Assembly: GCA_973895155.1 (NCBI GenBank) | Contig: OZ316896.1 | Span: 10,427,525-10,491,524, forward strand | Reading direction: 5' to 3' | Length of the DNA stretch: 64,000 nucleotides | Source of the DNA: Marsupella aquatica | Taxonomy: Eukaryota > Plantae > Marchantiophyta | Shown: positions 23,724-36,426 of the stretch, piece by piece | Position numbering within the stretch: position 1 is the first letter of the stretch | Layout: every line of letters starts with the position of its first letter | Program-made: the position numbers and the translations under genes | Notes under the pieces: generated by a model | Seen by the model: only the letters and a program-made list of their open reading frames with translations | Told to the model about the DNA's origin: nothing | Database searches by the model: none

Positions 23724-26700
23724 ATGACAATATCAGAATTGGATGCTACTTTGCATTTGGTGGTGAAATTTACGAATTTTGCAACCCAGCTCCACGATGG
23801 TTGGTATATAGGCTCGGCAGAGGTGGATGCATTTCGAAACAAGGTCTGGATACTTAGTGCCAAGCGCGCTCAGTTTGCCAATCAGCTACGGAGGTACGGC
23901 ATTTCAGAGGACGATCATCTGTTACGATTGCTAAAGGCAGCCAATGAATCTCTGGAGAAGGAACAGCAGTATGTGCTGAAGCTCCAAAAATCCCGAGTTT
24001 TGAGATGGAAGAAAAAGATATTCCCTGTCGAGCTCTCATACATTCTTGGTAAAGTGCTGGAAGTAGTAGAAGCTGGCCCTCAATTGCTTGCAGCCAGGGT
24101 AGCCAATCATGATTTGCTGCAAAAGAATATGGTGCAAACTCCAGCTTCATTGCCTTTTGGTCCCGACTCCAACCATGTACCTATTGTAGCCTCAATCCTG
24201 AAAGTACGAAGCGCATTGGAGAACCTCGACGGCCCACGGGTGGTGACACTCTACGCAGGCCCGGGAATGGGGAAGAGCAGCCTCGTCAAATATGTAGCAT
24301 TATATTACCAAGCGCAGAAACAGCAAGCGATGAACACATCCTCACCACAGCTGACTCATTTCTTAGATGGCGTGCAGTACCTGTTTTGTGGTCAGCAAGC
24401 ACAAGATAGAGTAAAGCAGCTGCAATTGGAATTACTCCAAAGTCTGGGATTTCGGACTAGATATGCCCTTGCAAACGATGGGACGGCTGCTGATGGAGTC
24501 CAAGAAGGGGAGTATCCTGCCCTACCTTCACTTACAATGAAACTCAGATCTTGCCTGGCCGAGCAAAACTTGCTCATCGTGTTAGACGGCCTTTGGGAGG
24601 AGAAGGTATTGCAAGAGTTTTTGGTTCCCGCACAGGGTGTCAAGTATCTGGTCACATCCCAAAGGAGGGATATTTGGGGTTCGGCTGAGCAGATTCAGCT
24701 TGAAGGACCCAATCAAAGAGAAGCTCGACAAATTATGGCTAATCATACGGATGGACTTCCAATCAAGGGTGAATTTCCTGAGAACCTTCAGGTAGGTTTC
24801 AGAACTCTCTTATGTCGGTTGACGTATGCTAGAAACTGTTTGGATTCAGACAGATTTATTTCATTGCATGCGCCTAACACAATATAGTACGCTGCCTGCA
24901 GAGTGTCGCAGATGCCATCAGCCGAGCAGTAGAATATCACCCACTGTCTTTGGCGAATGTTGGTATCAGCATAAACAAGAGTTGGGCAACGGACGTAAGC
25001 CAGTGGGAACTGATTAGGAAGACTGTAAAAGTCCACCTAGATCAGAATGGTTTTCGTAGCCCAGTTGGATATGACACACCATACAACCTTGCTCTAAGTG
25101 CCTCGATGATGCTCATGGTGGAGTCACTACATCCTCAGTCTCAAAGGATTCTTTGCCTCTTGGCCTTGTTTGAGGGTACAAATCTACCTCAATACCTGGT
25201 TAAGTTTTTCTTTAAGTTGATCCAACCTAAGGATTTTGCCTTGAAATTCGCTAATCAGCAGAAATTCCTAGAAGATAGGTCACTTATTGAATTGAGGATT
25301 CGAGGAAATAAGGTCATTCTGGGAACCCATGGCTTGAGAACGTATTACATTCGCAAGCAGAAAGCTGTGGAGGTGATGTGCATTGCTTCTCAAATATTAA
25401 CTATGAGCGGGGATCCAGAGAGAGCTGAGATTATCAAGAAGGGGGAAGCAGAGGAAACTCTTGTTGCTGTCTTGAGCGCAATATATTTTGATCAGTCTTT
25501 CAAAGCTCTCGTAGCTAATACTTTAGAGAAACATTTGAAAATTATAAATGGTAAGGGAAGTCCACGGAGCTTGACTATCAGGGAAGATGCCCTCCATCTG
25601 GCGGAGAGTGCAAGGGATAAAGAGTACGAAACCAGACCTCTTGTTAGGCTTCTAAATGCTGATCATGGAGAACAAGCCTGGAAGCACCAAGCACACGAGT
25701 ATGCAAAAAAGGTAGTTTCTTTGTCTCACTACTCCGGCTTCCTCGATAAATCTAAGTCAATCACTTGAGAGATTCGAGACATGACTACTCGAGAGTTTTG
25801 TTTCACCTGTTTTGAAGAACGTAGATCATCTGTACCTATCAATGCCAAGGAACGTCATGAAGTTAATGACAATTACAAGCTGTTGTTGGCGGTGATAGAT
25901 TATCATAAAGTTCATCTGCCAAGGGAAGTTGGATGATCACAGTATGGCGCGGCTACTCCAACTCCCGCAGACCACCTCAACGGCATGTGATGCACTATCA
26001 CGGCTCCTGTCTGATTGTCACGCCCGGGACTACCATGATCACAATATAACTTTCTCTGGTTCAAACAGGGAGACGATGAACGTTTTGGTGGCTCTCTTGC
26101 GTAGTGATGAGGCGTCAAGGGAACAGCGCGCTACTGAACGACGAACAGCTGCAGTGGGTGCTCTATTGCATGTCATTGACTACGAAAACAAAGATACCAT
26201 CTTCACCTTGGCTACAAAATGCAATTCCGCCGCAGATAGTTTTGCAAGGGTAGGTGAGGGCGTTCTTCTAAAAGCCGACCTTCGAGGGCCTTTGGAGCAG
26301 CGAATGGAGTTGATGTTGTTCGGGAAGGATCACGAAGTGCGACTGAGTGCAGGAAATAGCATTCTGAATTTCAGTAAGAACAAGGGTATGGCCAAAAGAA
26401 TTGCAAATTTTCCAAACGCGCTTCGAATACTCTTCAATCTTTTCACATCAGAAGAGATGTTTTCCGATAATGATAGACTCCAAGCAATTGCAGGGGCAAT
26501 CTTGAGTCACCTGTCAATCGCACCGGAGAACAGGATCAAGTTCGGGGCAGTCGAGGGCATCTGGGAGGGCTTTGGAGGCATCCTCGTCAAGCTAGAGTTG
26601 GCTTGGCGGGCCACGGGTGAGGAGCAGAATCGTAGGAAGCTGGAGAAACGGGCTTGCACAGCGGCCGGAATACTGGGGTATCTGGCGTTGGAGGAGCACT

Positions 26701-27953
26701 TCAGGAAAGCCTTGTTAGCTGCAGTGCCTGACCTTGGGGACGGGTTGCTATTCTTGCAACTTATCGAGATGGCTACGGGCGACATGGATTGGTTTGGCAC
26801 ATTCTGGTTTAATTACTCTACAAGAGCTGTTACAGTATTGTACTCGAACGTCGACGCAGACCCAAGGTTCACTGAGCTCCCACGTTTAGAAGACGTGTTC
26901 GAGGTATTTCCTTTTAGTGAAGGTCGACCTCTCCTGACGACAATGTCGCTTTCTTTGGCAGCTATTTTCTACATCGGTGTACGCTGGACTCGAGTTGTAG
27001 CATATCTCCAGATGGGATTCTACTCGGAGGCCCTCACGAGCCTGGATGAAGTCCACCTTCATCTCCAACAGATCCCGAAACCAGATAGCCTTGCAGATTT
27101 CGGTTCCCCATTCTGCCAAATTGGCCGTTTGGGGCGCAAGTACTCTCGAATGGTGTGGCGGAACTCTGTAAATCCGTTTAGGTAAGACAACGATCTCTTA
27201 ACACAGTGCCCCCTCCCCTCCCCTCCCCTCCCCTCCCCCAGACAAGTGATGCAATATTTTCGTAGGTGTCGGTACATCCTCTCGAGCATATTTTGTCACA
27301 AGTTTTGGTCATCAATGTGACGCTAATGGAAGCCCTGAGCTTCTATTCACTGCAATTGATACTGAGATCTTGATATTGTTAGCGGGACTCCTCATATGCT
27401 TGTAACTCTAGCAAAAGCATTTAATGTCCTGAGTAGAATACTGCAGTCATGCAAAAACTCAGCTGGTGTTCTAAGCTTCTCAATGACTCGCTTGCCGACA
27501 TCAACTTGCAGGGATTGTCGAATTTTCTTACTGGCTATTCTGGAGGACTACGCAGGGGCCTTGCTGGGTGCAAATATGAGAATTGAAGAAGATTCTAAAT
27601 GCTTCTGGCCAGGATTTACTGTCATTAACCTGGCAGAAAGGGGAGTGCTCAAGAGGCTGTCAGGAGATTTGCAAGGGGCCTTGGATGACTTGAATTCCGC
27701 TGCTACTCAGGCAACAACTATGATCACGGATTACGACTTTATAAAGCATGAAATCCGTAAAGACGACGTCCTCTGGCACCGAGGCTATGTGAAGTATTTG
27801 CTAGGCGACAATACTGGGGCCAGGGCAGATGCAGACTCCGCCCAACAACTAAAAGTTGAATACTTCGAGGTTGACGACACAATCTATCATCAAAGATCAT
27901 ACCTTTGGATGCTGGCGAAATTGCCAGTGACTTATTTGGGATTTTCCTCGTGA
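23724..27953 (+). CDS. NLR-like STAND protein copy 1 (helical N-domain, NB-ARC, ARM-like, TPR-like), about 1200 aa; exons 23724-24791, 24902-25711, 25899-27181, 27512-27953
   Basis: P-loop YAGPGMGKSS, kinase-2 LLIVLDGLW, RNBS-B KYLVTSQ, GLPL-like YHPLSL, MHD position THG; TPR-like LAERGVLKRLSGDLQGALDDLNSA and VLWHRGYVKYLLGD; the GT-AG introns give an uninterrupted 3603-nt frame with the same intron positions as the paralog. Confidence 0.88.
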
Positions 27954-29556
27954 ACAACTATCCCCAGACCACTTTTGCTCGTTAGTTAGCTCTATAGGAG
28001 TCGCTTGGGCTCCCTGCTGGCCCTGTCATCTGTTCTATATTGACGTCATTTATGATGACACCTACAGTCTAGAGGTGAACTCTTTTGTGGTTGATTTATC
28101 TATGAGCACAGTCCAGTCAACTTCTTTGATGTTAGCCCCTATTCCTTTTAGATTGATCCTATTGACTATGATTCCATGTGCATTTAACCCATTACTGCCA
28201 GAAAAGACGTAGAGTGCTTTCTCTATCCTGGCTACAAGTGAAGATTTTAAAGTCTAGATTGCAGGAAGTTTTCGTTTGCTGTAAGGGCAACGAACATGAT
28301 TGCTGTTAATTGTCTACATCAAATCCATCTTTGTTTTCTCAAGACTCCTTCAACTCAGTAAGTCGCAGGGGATTGATGAGAAGACCTTGTAGTTGTATAC
28401 ACTCTCAATATAAAACAGAAAATTGTAACTTGTTGACGACCTCCTCATTACAATCCAGCATCTGTCATACTACCCTTGAATTCAGTCCTGCAATAGCTTC
28501 CTGGAATTGACTGAAGACAATAATTCGTTATGAACTAGTTTGCCATCGCTCATTGCACCCTTTCCAAAATAAAACCCATAACCACAAATTACTGTTTCTG
28601 TAATGGACTCCACACCGGAAAGCATGCAGTTCAAGTTTCATAGCGAAGCCAATTTCTTCCAATTGTTGGTACATTTGACATCCACCAGCTATGCAATGCA
28701 CAACAAAAGAGAAAGAAGCAAATAAATCAATGTCATGCCGAAGCACAGGAGCACATCTTCAAAGGGAATGGAGGCCCCGTTTGGCCGTTTGCGTAAATTG
28801 GGACAGTATGGTGTCTTGCCCATGATGCAACTCCCTTTTAATTACCAAGAACCTTCATCAATTGAATACGTGTAGAAGTGTATAATATAGCGACAAGAGA
28901 TTTGTGGTTACGTCAGCCTAAACCCCTTGTCGAGTCCGAATAGAACCAGAAGTATAATCCTCTCGATTTCTTTCTTTTTTGTCTTCAATCTTGTATTCCT
29001 TTCAAAAGCAGAATCCAGAAGTATTCTCTGAAGGAAGGAGGCCAACTAGCAGGATCTCGTAGAGAGCAAACGAAGTTCTGCGTTGCTGAGCACCACAGAT
29101 AAACAAACGTCTTTCTTTCTCCTTTCCTGCAGATCGCCCCAAATATAGTTTAGCGTGAACAGAAGGATAAGTTTCTTTGATCGCTGCAAAATTCTGTTCC
29201 AAAGCAACATTGGGGAAGGCTCCTATTGACCTTCCACAGAAGTTAGCGTCTAGACATAAGTTTCTTCGATACTTTTCAAAGCAAACATTGACAAAAACGC
29301 TTCTATTGACGAACTTTCGTTGAAGTTAAGGTCAACAGATGCATTTCTTCGTTCTCTGATCTATAAAGCACTTTTTCATGCAACGTTGACGAACTTTCAG
29401 AGAAACTACCATCAGCGGACACAAATTTCTTCGGTCTCGGAGCTTTGCAGAATACTTTGCCATGCAACATTGACAGAGGCTCCCATTGAATTTCTTTTTT
29501 TTTGTCATGAACGTAAATGGGGAGTAAATACAATTAGACTCCCCCAACCCCAATGT

Positions 29557-32500
29557 TGTTGAGCATAGACGACATTCGTAACGGCAAGCCCATGAACCAT
29601 CCAACGCACAATAGTCGACACAGAGAGATACGTGGTTCACCTTCACATGAGGCTACGTCCACGGGAACACACAAGAGTTTTACTGCACTCTAGGCCGACC
29701 GGCCATACCAAGCATCCACAGCACAAGCTCTCCCTATCTCTCAACTAGCTCCGTAACAATGAGCCTAAGTTCCACCAGGGTCTGGCATCAGCCCTGGCTA
29801 TATGCACAATAGCATTACCGCTAACATTAGTTAAGTCCTAACCCGAGTTAGACTAACTGTGATTAGTTCAAGAGTCACAAGACTAGAGCAATATCTAACA
29901 AACTCCCCCTTGACTCTTGTCTTGGGGACTAGACTAAATGCTACCATATGGAATCCTCAGCGGGAAGTTCTAGACAATCACCAAACCAAGTCTCCCCCTA
30001 AAAACCACAAGGGTTAACTAAGGGTTAACTAGAACTAAGCCGTAGCCAAACAGGAATGAGTAATCCATATACAAATAGTCACACATTGCTAAATAACTCT
30101 ACTTGCACTACAACTGCAAAACCTGCAAAGTAGCACGGTGTCTTGAGAAACTCTCCAAAGGAATCACTTTGGTAAAAGCATCAGCGGGATTGAGCTTTCC
30201 ATCAATTTTGACTAGCTCAAAAGTTTTATCAGACACTGCTTGCCTGATAAAATGGTACCTGATATCAATGTGCTTCACCCTGCTATCCATCACCTGGTTA
30301 GCAGCCAAGTGAAGAGCACTCTGACTATCATAGTTTAGAGTCATTTTGCCATGCTCTAAACCCATCTCTGCGATCAACTTGTCCAACCAAATCGCTTCCT
30401 TTGCTGCTTCTGCTGCTGCAACATACTCTGCTTCTGTAATAGACTGAGAAAAGCACTTCTGCAAGGTAGATTTCCAACTGATACATCCTCCTCCAAGAGT
30501 GTATACAAACCCAGTTGTAGACCTCCTTGTATCCAGACAGCCTCCATAGTCAGAATCTACATAGCCAACTAACGTTCTATCTGATCTGTTATCAAATAGT
30601 AAACCATAGTCCTGTGTTCCCTTCACATACCTGAGAATCCATTTCACAGCTTCCCAATGTACCTTCCCTGGATTTGACATGAATCTGCTAACCTTGCCCA
30701 TCGCTAGGGCTAAGTCAGGCCTAGTACAAGTCATCAAATACATCAGACTGCCTACTGCCTTCTCATAAGGAATCTTAGCCATCAAACCTTTCTCCACAGC
30801 ATCTGTAGGAGAGAAAGCCGATGATAACTTGAAATGTGAAGCTAAAGGAATACTCACTGGCTTACAGTTTTCCATGTTGAATCGTGCAAGTACTTTCCTC
30901 GTATACTGGCCTTGACTCAAGCGCAACTGTCCAGTATCAGAGTTCCTAAAAATCTCCATCCCTAAGATCCTCTTGGCCTTACCAAGATCCTTCATCCTGA
31001 ATTCAACACTCAATTTCGCCTTGAGACTGTCAACCTCAGATTGATCTTTAGCCACAATCAGCATGTCATCCACATAGATCACCAGAATGATGAAACCAAA
31101 TACATCATTCTTGACTGATTTCGTATACACACAAAGATCATACACCATCCTTGTAAAACCTTGAGCAAGCATGAAATCATCAAACCGCTTGTTCCACTGT
31201 CTAGGAGACTGCTTCAATCCATACAAGGACTTGAGCAATCTGCAAACTAAGTTCTCTTGGCCTTTCTTCATAAAGCCTAGCGGCTGTCTCATGAAGATCA
31301 TCTCTTCCAAGTTGCCATAGAGAAAAGCAGTAACAACATCCATCTGATCCATCACCAGATTAAAAAACACAACAAACTGACACAAGATCCGAATTGTGGA
31401 ATACTTAGCCACCGGTGAAAAGACCTCATTGTAGTCCACTCCTTTCTCCTGAGTGAACCCCTTGGCAACAAGCTTTGCCTTGTAGATCTTATCTCCACCC
31501 TCTGAAGGACTGTCCTTCAACTTGTAAATCCACTTGCTGTCCACCACTTGCTGACCTCTTGGAAGCTCCACCAGCTCCCATGTCTTGTTGTCACTCAAAG
31601 ATTGCAACTCCCTCTGCATTGCTGCATTCCACTCATGCTTTTGCTCTGAAGCACAAGCCTCACTGTACGAAGAAGGCTCTCCTTCTTCCAAGATCAAAGC
31701 CATGTCATCATCATCAGGTGCAATGTCAATATCATCTAGCTTAGATGAGTCTGCCTATTGACCATACTTGGCAGGAGCTCTAGTAGAACGACTGGAAGTT
31801 CTTCTAGTAGATGACTCAGGCTGATCTACTGCTGTTGCTGGTTGAATTTGAGGTACCCTAGCAACAATCTGCTCCTCTTGTTCCATCACAGGAACCAGCT
31901 CCAAGCCCGGAGCTTCTCCATTTCTCCTGTCATGAACAGCATCATGACTAATCTCCCCCTCAACCGGGTCTGGGATGGGAGATTTCCCCTTGTTAGTATG
32001 GGAGTCCTGAGAACTCTCCCCCTCCTTTGATGATCTAGACTCATTAAAGGACACATCTCTACTGACAATTAGTTTACAGGTTACTGGATCCCATAACCTA
32101 TAACCCTTCACACCTTTCTGATAGCCAAGGAAAATGCACTTCTTCGACTTGGACTCCAGCTTGGATCGAAGCTGGGAAAGTGTAAGCACATAAGCATCAC
32201 ATCCAAAAATCCTCAGATGTGAATAATCTGCTGGACGCCCGTACCTCATTTCATATGGCGTCTTGAATCCAATAGAACTGGATGGAGAAAAATTTACCAA
32301 ATAAGCTGCAGTGTTAACAGCTTCAGCCCAAAACTCATGTGGTAAGCATGATTGACTCAACATACTCCTCGAGCGGTCCAACAGTGTTCGGTTGAGTCTC
32401 TCAGAAACACCATTCTACTGAGGAGTATAACTTGTTGTGAGATGGCGGGTAATCCCCTGCTCCTTACAATACGTTCCAAATTCCCCGGAACTATATTCAC

Positions 32501-35500
32501 CGCCGTTATCCAATCGAAGATATCTCACCTTGTTACCAGTCTGATTCTCAACTTGGGCTTTCCACTCCTTAAAAGTGGCAAAAACATCAGACTTACTATG
32601 TAGAAAATAGATCCATACATACCTTGAGTAATCGTCTATGAACGTGACATAGTATAACCGTCCAGAATGTGAGGGAGTAGGGGCTGGACCCCACACATCA
32701 CTATGTACATACTCAAGTACCTCCTTGCTGGTGTGAGTTCCAACTCCGAAGGGTTTCCTGTGCTGCTTCCCAAGCACACAGTGCTCACAAAATTCCAACT
32801 TACAAGACTGCAAATTAGAAAGTAATCCTTTCTTCTGAAGAATAACCAAACCTTTTTCACTCATGTGGCCCAAATGGAAGTGCCACATTCGGGCCGTCTC
32901 CTCATGAGATAAGGTTACATTGGCTTCATCACAAACTACACTGCCCTCCAAAACGTATAGATTGCTATGTCTCTTTCCCTTCAATACAACTTTAGTACCA
33001 GTTGAAACCTGAAGGACACCATTAGCAGAACTCCACTGATGGCCATTTGCTTCTAAAACTCCAAGTGAAATGAGATTTTTCATCATGCTGGGAATATATC
33101 TCACATTCCTCACCGTTCTCACAGCACCGTCAAACATCTGAAATCTTACAGATCCAAGTCCAACAACTTGACATGGGATTCCATTTCCCATCAACACTGA
33201 CCCGTTGGAATCCGTGTAAGAACTGAAAAAATCTCTCCTAGAGCAAATGTGAAAAGTACATGCACTATCTAGAATCCAGTCATCACTCCCTGGATTTGAC
33301 ACTACGTTGAGAGCATAACCTTGACATCACAATATGTCATCATCATCGAGTAAATCTACCTCATGCGAGCTCGATGCCGCGTTAACAGATGCAGTAGGGT
33401 TCTTTACTCGACAATCCCTTTTCATGTGGCCTGGCTTGCCACAATTCCAACATGCAAGAGGCTTCCTCTCTTGCGATTTCCCTCTGGATTTAGATCTCCC
33501 CCGTGATGTAGATCTAAACCTATTCTGTCCGTTCGTGCGCTGTGTTGCTCTCCCACGGTTCACATTCAGCGCAGTGCCAGAAGAAGATGCTGTATGTGAT
33601 TGACCCAGCTTCTTCTGAGCATCATCAGACAGTAAAGAGCTCACCACCTCATTATACAAAATGGACTTCAGATCTCTGTACAAGAGCACCTGTTTCAAGC
33701 CCTGATATGACGGCGGTAAGGAGCTTAGCAGAAGCAAGGCCTTATCCTCATCTTCAACTCCTTTTCCCAGGTTTGACAGATCCACCGCTAGACTGTCAAA
33801 CTCATCCAGGTGATCCTGCATCTTGCTCCCTTCCTTGAGCCTGAGGCTCATCAAGAGAGACTTCTTGTACAGCCGGTCTGACGCATCTTCCCGGTAGTAC
33901 TTCTCTCTTAGAGCCTTGAACAGTGACGCGCAATCCGCATAATCATCCAGCTGCTTGATGATGTGCGGCTTGAGATAAAGCATCACTGCATTGACAACAA
34001 TCACCTACTCCTGTCTCCACTGCTTCTCTGAGATCTCCTCTTCTCCATCATACTGCTCTCGCGAAGAGAGCAGATGAGCTAAGCCCATGGCCCGAAGAAC
34101 ACCCTTCACTTGCTTCTCCCAGAGCAAGTAATCAGTACGACCATCGTACTTCTCCACCTCAAACTTGACTCCTCCAAATCTAGCCATCTCCCTCTTCTTC
34201 CCTACTACCGACAGCTCTAGTAGTAGTACAGCTTCCTCCACTGCACGCCGCACCGGTGATCGTACCGGTGTCACTAGTTCTTCATCAAACGGTAGCAGCT
34301 CCTCCTCAGACTCTCCGTCTGACCGTCGCGATCTTGAAGCTTCACCAACGCCAATTCTTCCAGTATCCTCCGAGTCACTCATATGAAACAATCACGAAAA
34401 AACGTCTTTTTTCAAAACTTCTCATAAAACTCAAAACTCAACACCGCCGCGTAGCCCACGAAGCTAGGAGTCCAATACTGAAAGCCGAAATCAAAATCAA
34501 AATTTGACGGAAAAGTTATTCAAATTTTGGTCGGGGTGGGTAAAACCTTAGGAAACTCCCCCGTTTTGACCACCTCGGAGAATAACCGAAATACCAAGTA
34601 CAACCCGTCGTCGGAATCGCGATGTGATTGGTGTGCCGCGTTGCTAACTCTAGTGGCAATGTCCTTGCCGAAAAAGAACCAAAAAAGTTATCATTCGGTG
34701 GACGGAATCTTTGTCGGACGGCCGAAAAACAGCTCTCTGTTTTTCGGGAATATTTCCGCACAGTCCAGCAGGTCTCACAGGGGGCTGTTCCCCCTGTTGG
34801 AGCGATTAAAACGGAGGGTCACAGGGCCCGGGGTAGCCAATAGAAGAGCCGGCAACAAAATGACAAGAAAATGGCCTTAAAAGGGGTGCTAACGCCCCTT
34901 AAGCACAAATATGTTCAAAAACGCGCATCCGCATCGCGCGACGCGAGGCGGGCCAGGCAAGGTACAGGTATTCACGAGAGTGGCCGGAGTACGCCTGGGC
35001 GAATACAGGCGAGACGGCCCCCCGATGTACTAAGGCAATTCGCGGGAGGGAGGGAGGCGGATTCACGGCTGGTACCGGCAGGGCGCAAGCCGGAAGGGAG
35101 GGCGCCGCGGGGGTAGCGGCAGTCGGGGGTCGCATGGTGGCAGGGGTTAGTCGGAGAGACTAGGGCGAAGGGCGAGGGCGGGCCGGGGAGCGCTCGGTCG
35201 CGCTTATAGCACCGGCCGGCGCTGCGTCAGGCGCCGCTGCGCCTAATTTAACGGTAAGCGGAGGGGGGGAACAATCGGGTACGCAGTGGGTGTATACGGG
35301 GGCATGCTCGAGGTGTGTATACACCTCGTGTGTATACACACAAGTTAACCCCTAAAACCCCCTTAAAAGTCAAAAAACTCCCCCGAAAATTAAAAGGAAA
35401 TTACTCACTTTAATTGCCGCTGTTCCTCACAAGAAAAGTGAACGCCGCCGACGGGAAAAGTTTTGAAGTTTCACTGGCACAGTCTCCAACTCCAGCACTG

Positions 35501-36426
35501 AAAAACAAAATTCCCGCCGCGTCGCCTTCACTCCGTGTCAAGTGCCAATCCCGGGCTCAAAACGACCACCTCGCCGCGATCAAACCATTGAGCCGTAGCA
35601 CTTCGCGTTTCTTCCACCAAGTCGGACGTCACGAGGAGAAACCCGGTTCAGATGTGAACAAGCTCCATAGCTTGTGAAAAAACCTGAACGCCTCCTTCAC
35701 TCGTCACGACGCACTCGGTAACAACTCGGCAGCAATCCAGCTACCGAAACGACCAGCTCGCTTCAACCTTCAACTTGAGCTATAATGTGTGATCTCCCGA
35801 ACACCGCACAACTCACACCGTTGAAAAACGCGAACTCTGGTCACTCCCCCGAAAACCCGTCGAACACGAATAAAACCTGAACGACGCAAACTTCAATTCC
35901 TCCGCACCACGGATACCGATCAGCGAGTTCTAACCACCGTTAGAAAGCCCTCTCACTAACCTATCCGCTCAGCCACACACATTTGAGTTTCATGCGACGA
36001 AACTCCGAATGTGCCACCGACAAGCTGGAAAAACCTGTCACGAAAAAACCTCGTCACCTCCCAGGCATGCTCTGATACCACTTGTTGAGCATAGACGACA
36101 TTCGCAACGGCAAGCCCATGAACCATCCAACGCACAATAGTCGACACAGAGAGATACGTGGTTCACCTCCACATGAGGCTACGTCCACGGGAACACACAA
36201 GAGCTTTACTGCACTCTAGGCCGACCGGCCATACCAAGCATCCACAGCACAAGCTCTCTCTATCTCTCAACTAGCTCCGTAACAATGAGCCTAAGTTCCA
36301 CCAGGGTCTGGCATCAGCCCTGGCTATATGCACAATAGCATTACCGTTAACATTAGCTAAGTCCTAACCCGAGTTAGACTAACTGTGATTAGCTCAAGAG
36401 TCACAAGACTAGAGCAATATCTAACA
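29557..36426 (-). mobile_element. Full-length Ty1/copia LTR retrotransposon (6870 bp)
   Basis: LTRs 29557-29900 and 36083-36426 (344 bp, 7 differences by eye); TSD AATGT; PBS TGGTATCAGAGC (tRNA-iMet) at 36069-36080; PPT AGGGGGAGTT at 29901-29910. Confidence 0.97.
30108..34382 (-). pseudogene. Copia gag-pol (gag with CCHC knuckle, protease, integrase, RT, RNase H) with four in-frame stops
   Basis: KFEVEKYDG, CWNCGKPGHMKRDC, WILDSAC, WHFHLGHMS...CEHC, HSDVWGP, YVDDML, RVKHIDIRYHF; stops at about 34005, 33327, 32415 and 31755, all in one frame. Confidence 0.93.

Noticed and set aside
34516-35677. Extra or antisense ORFs in the copia leader
   Set aside because: Short, GC-driven and without recognisable motifs; conservation cannot be shown from this window
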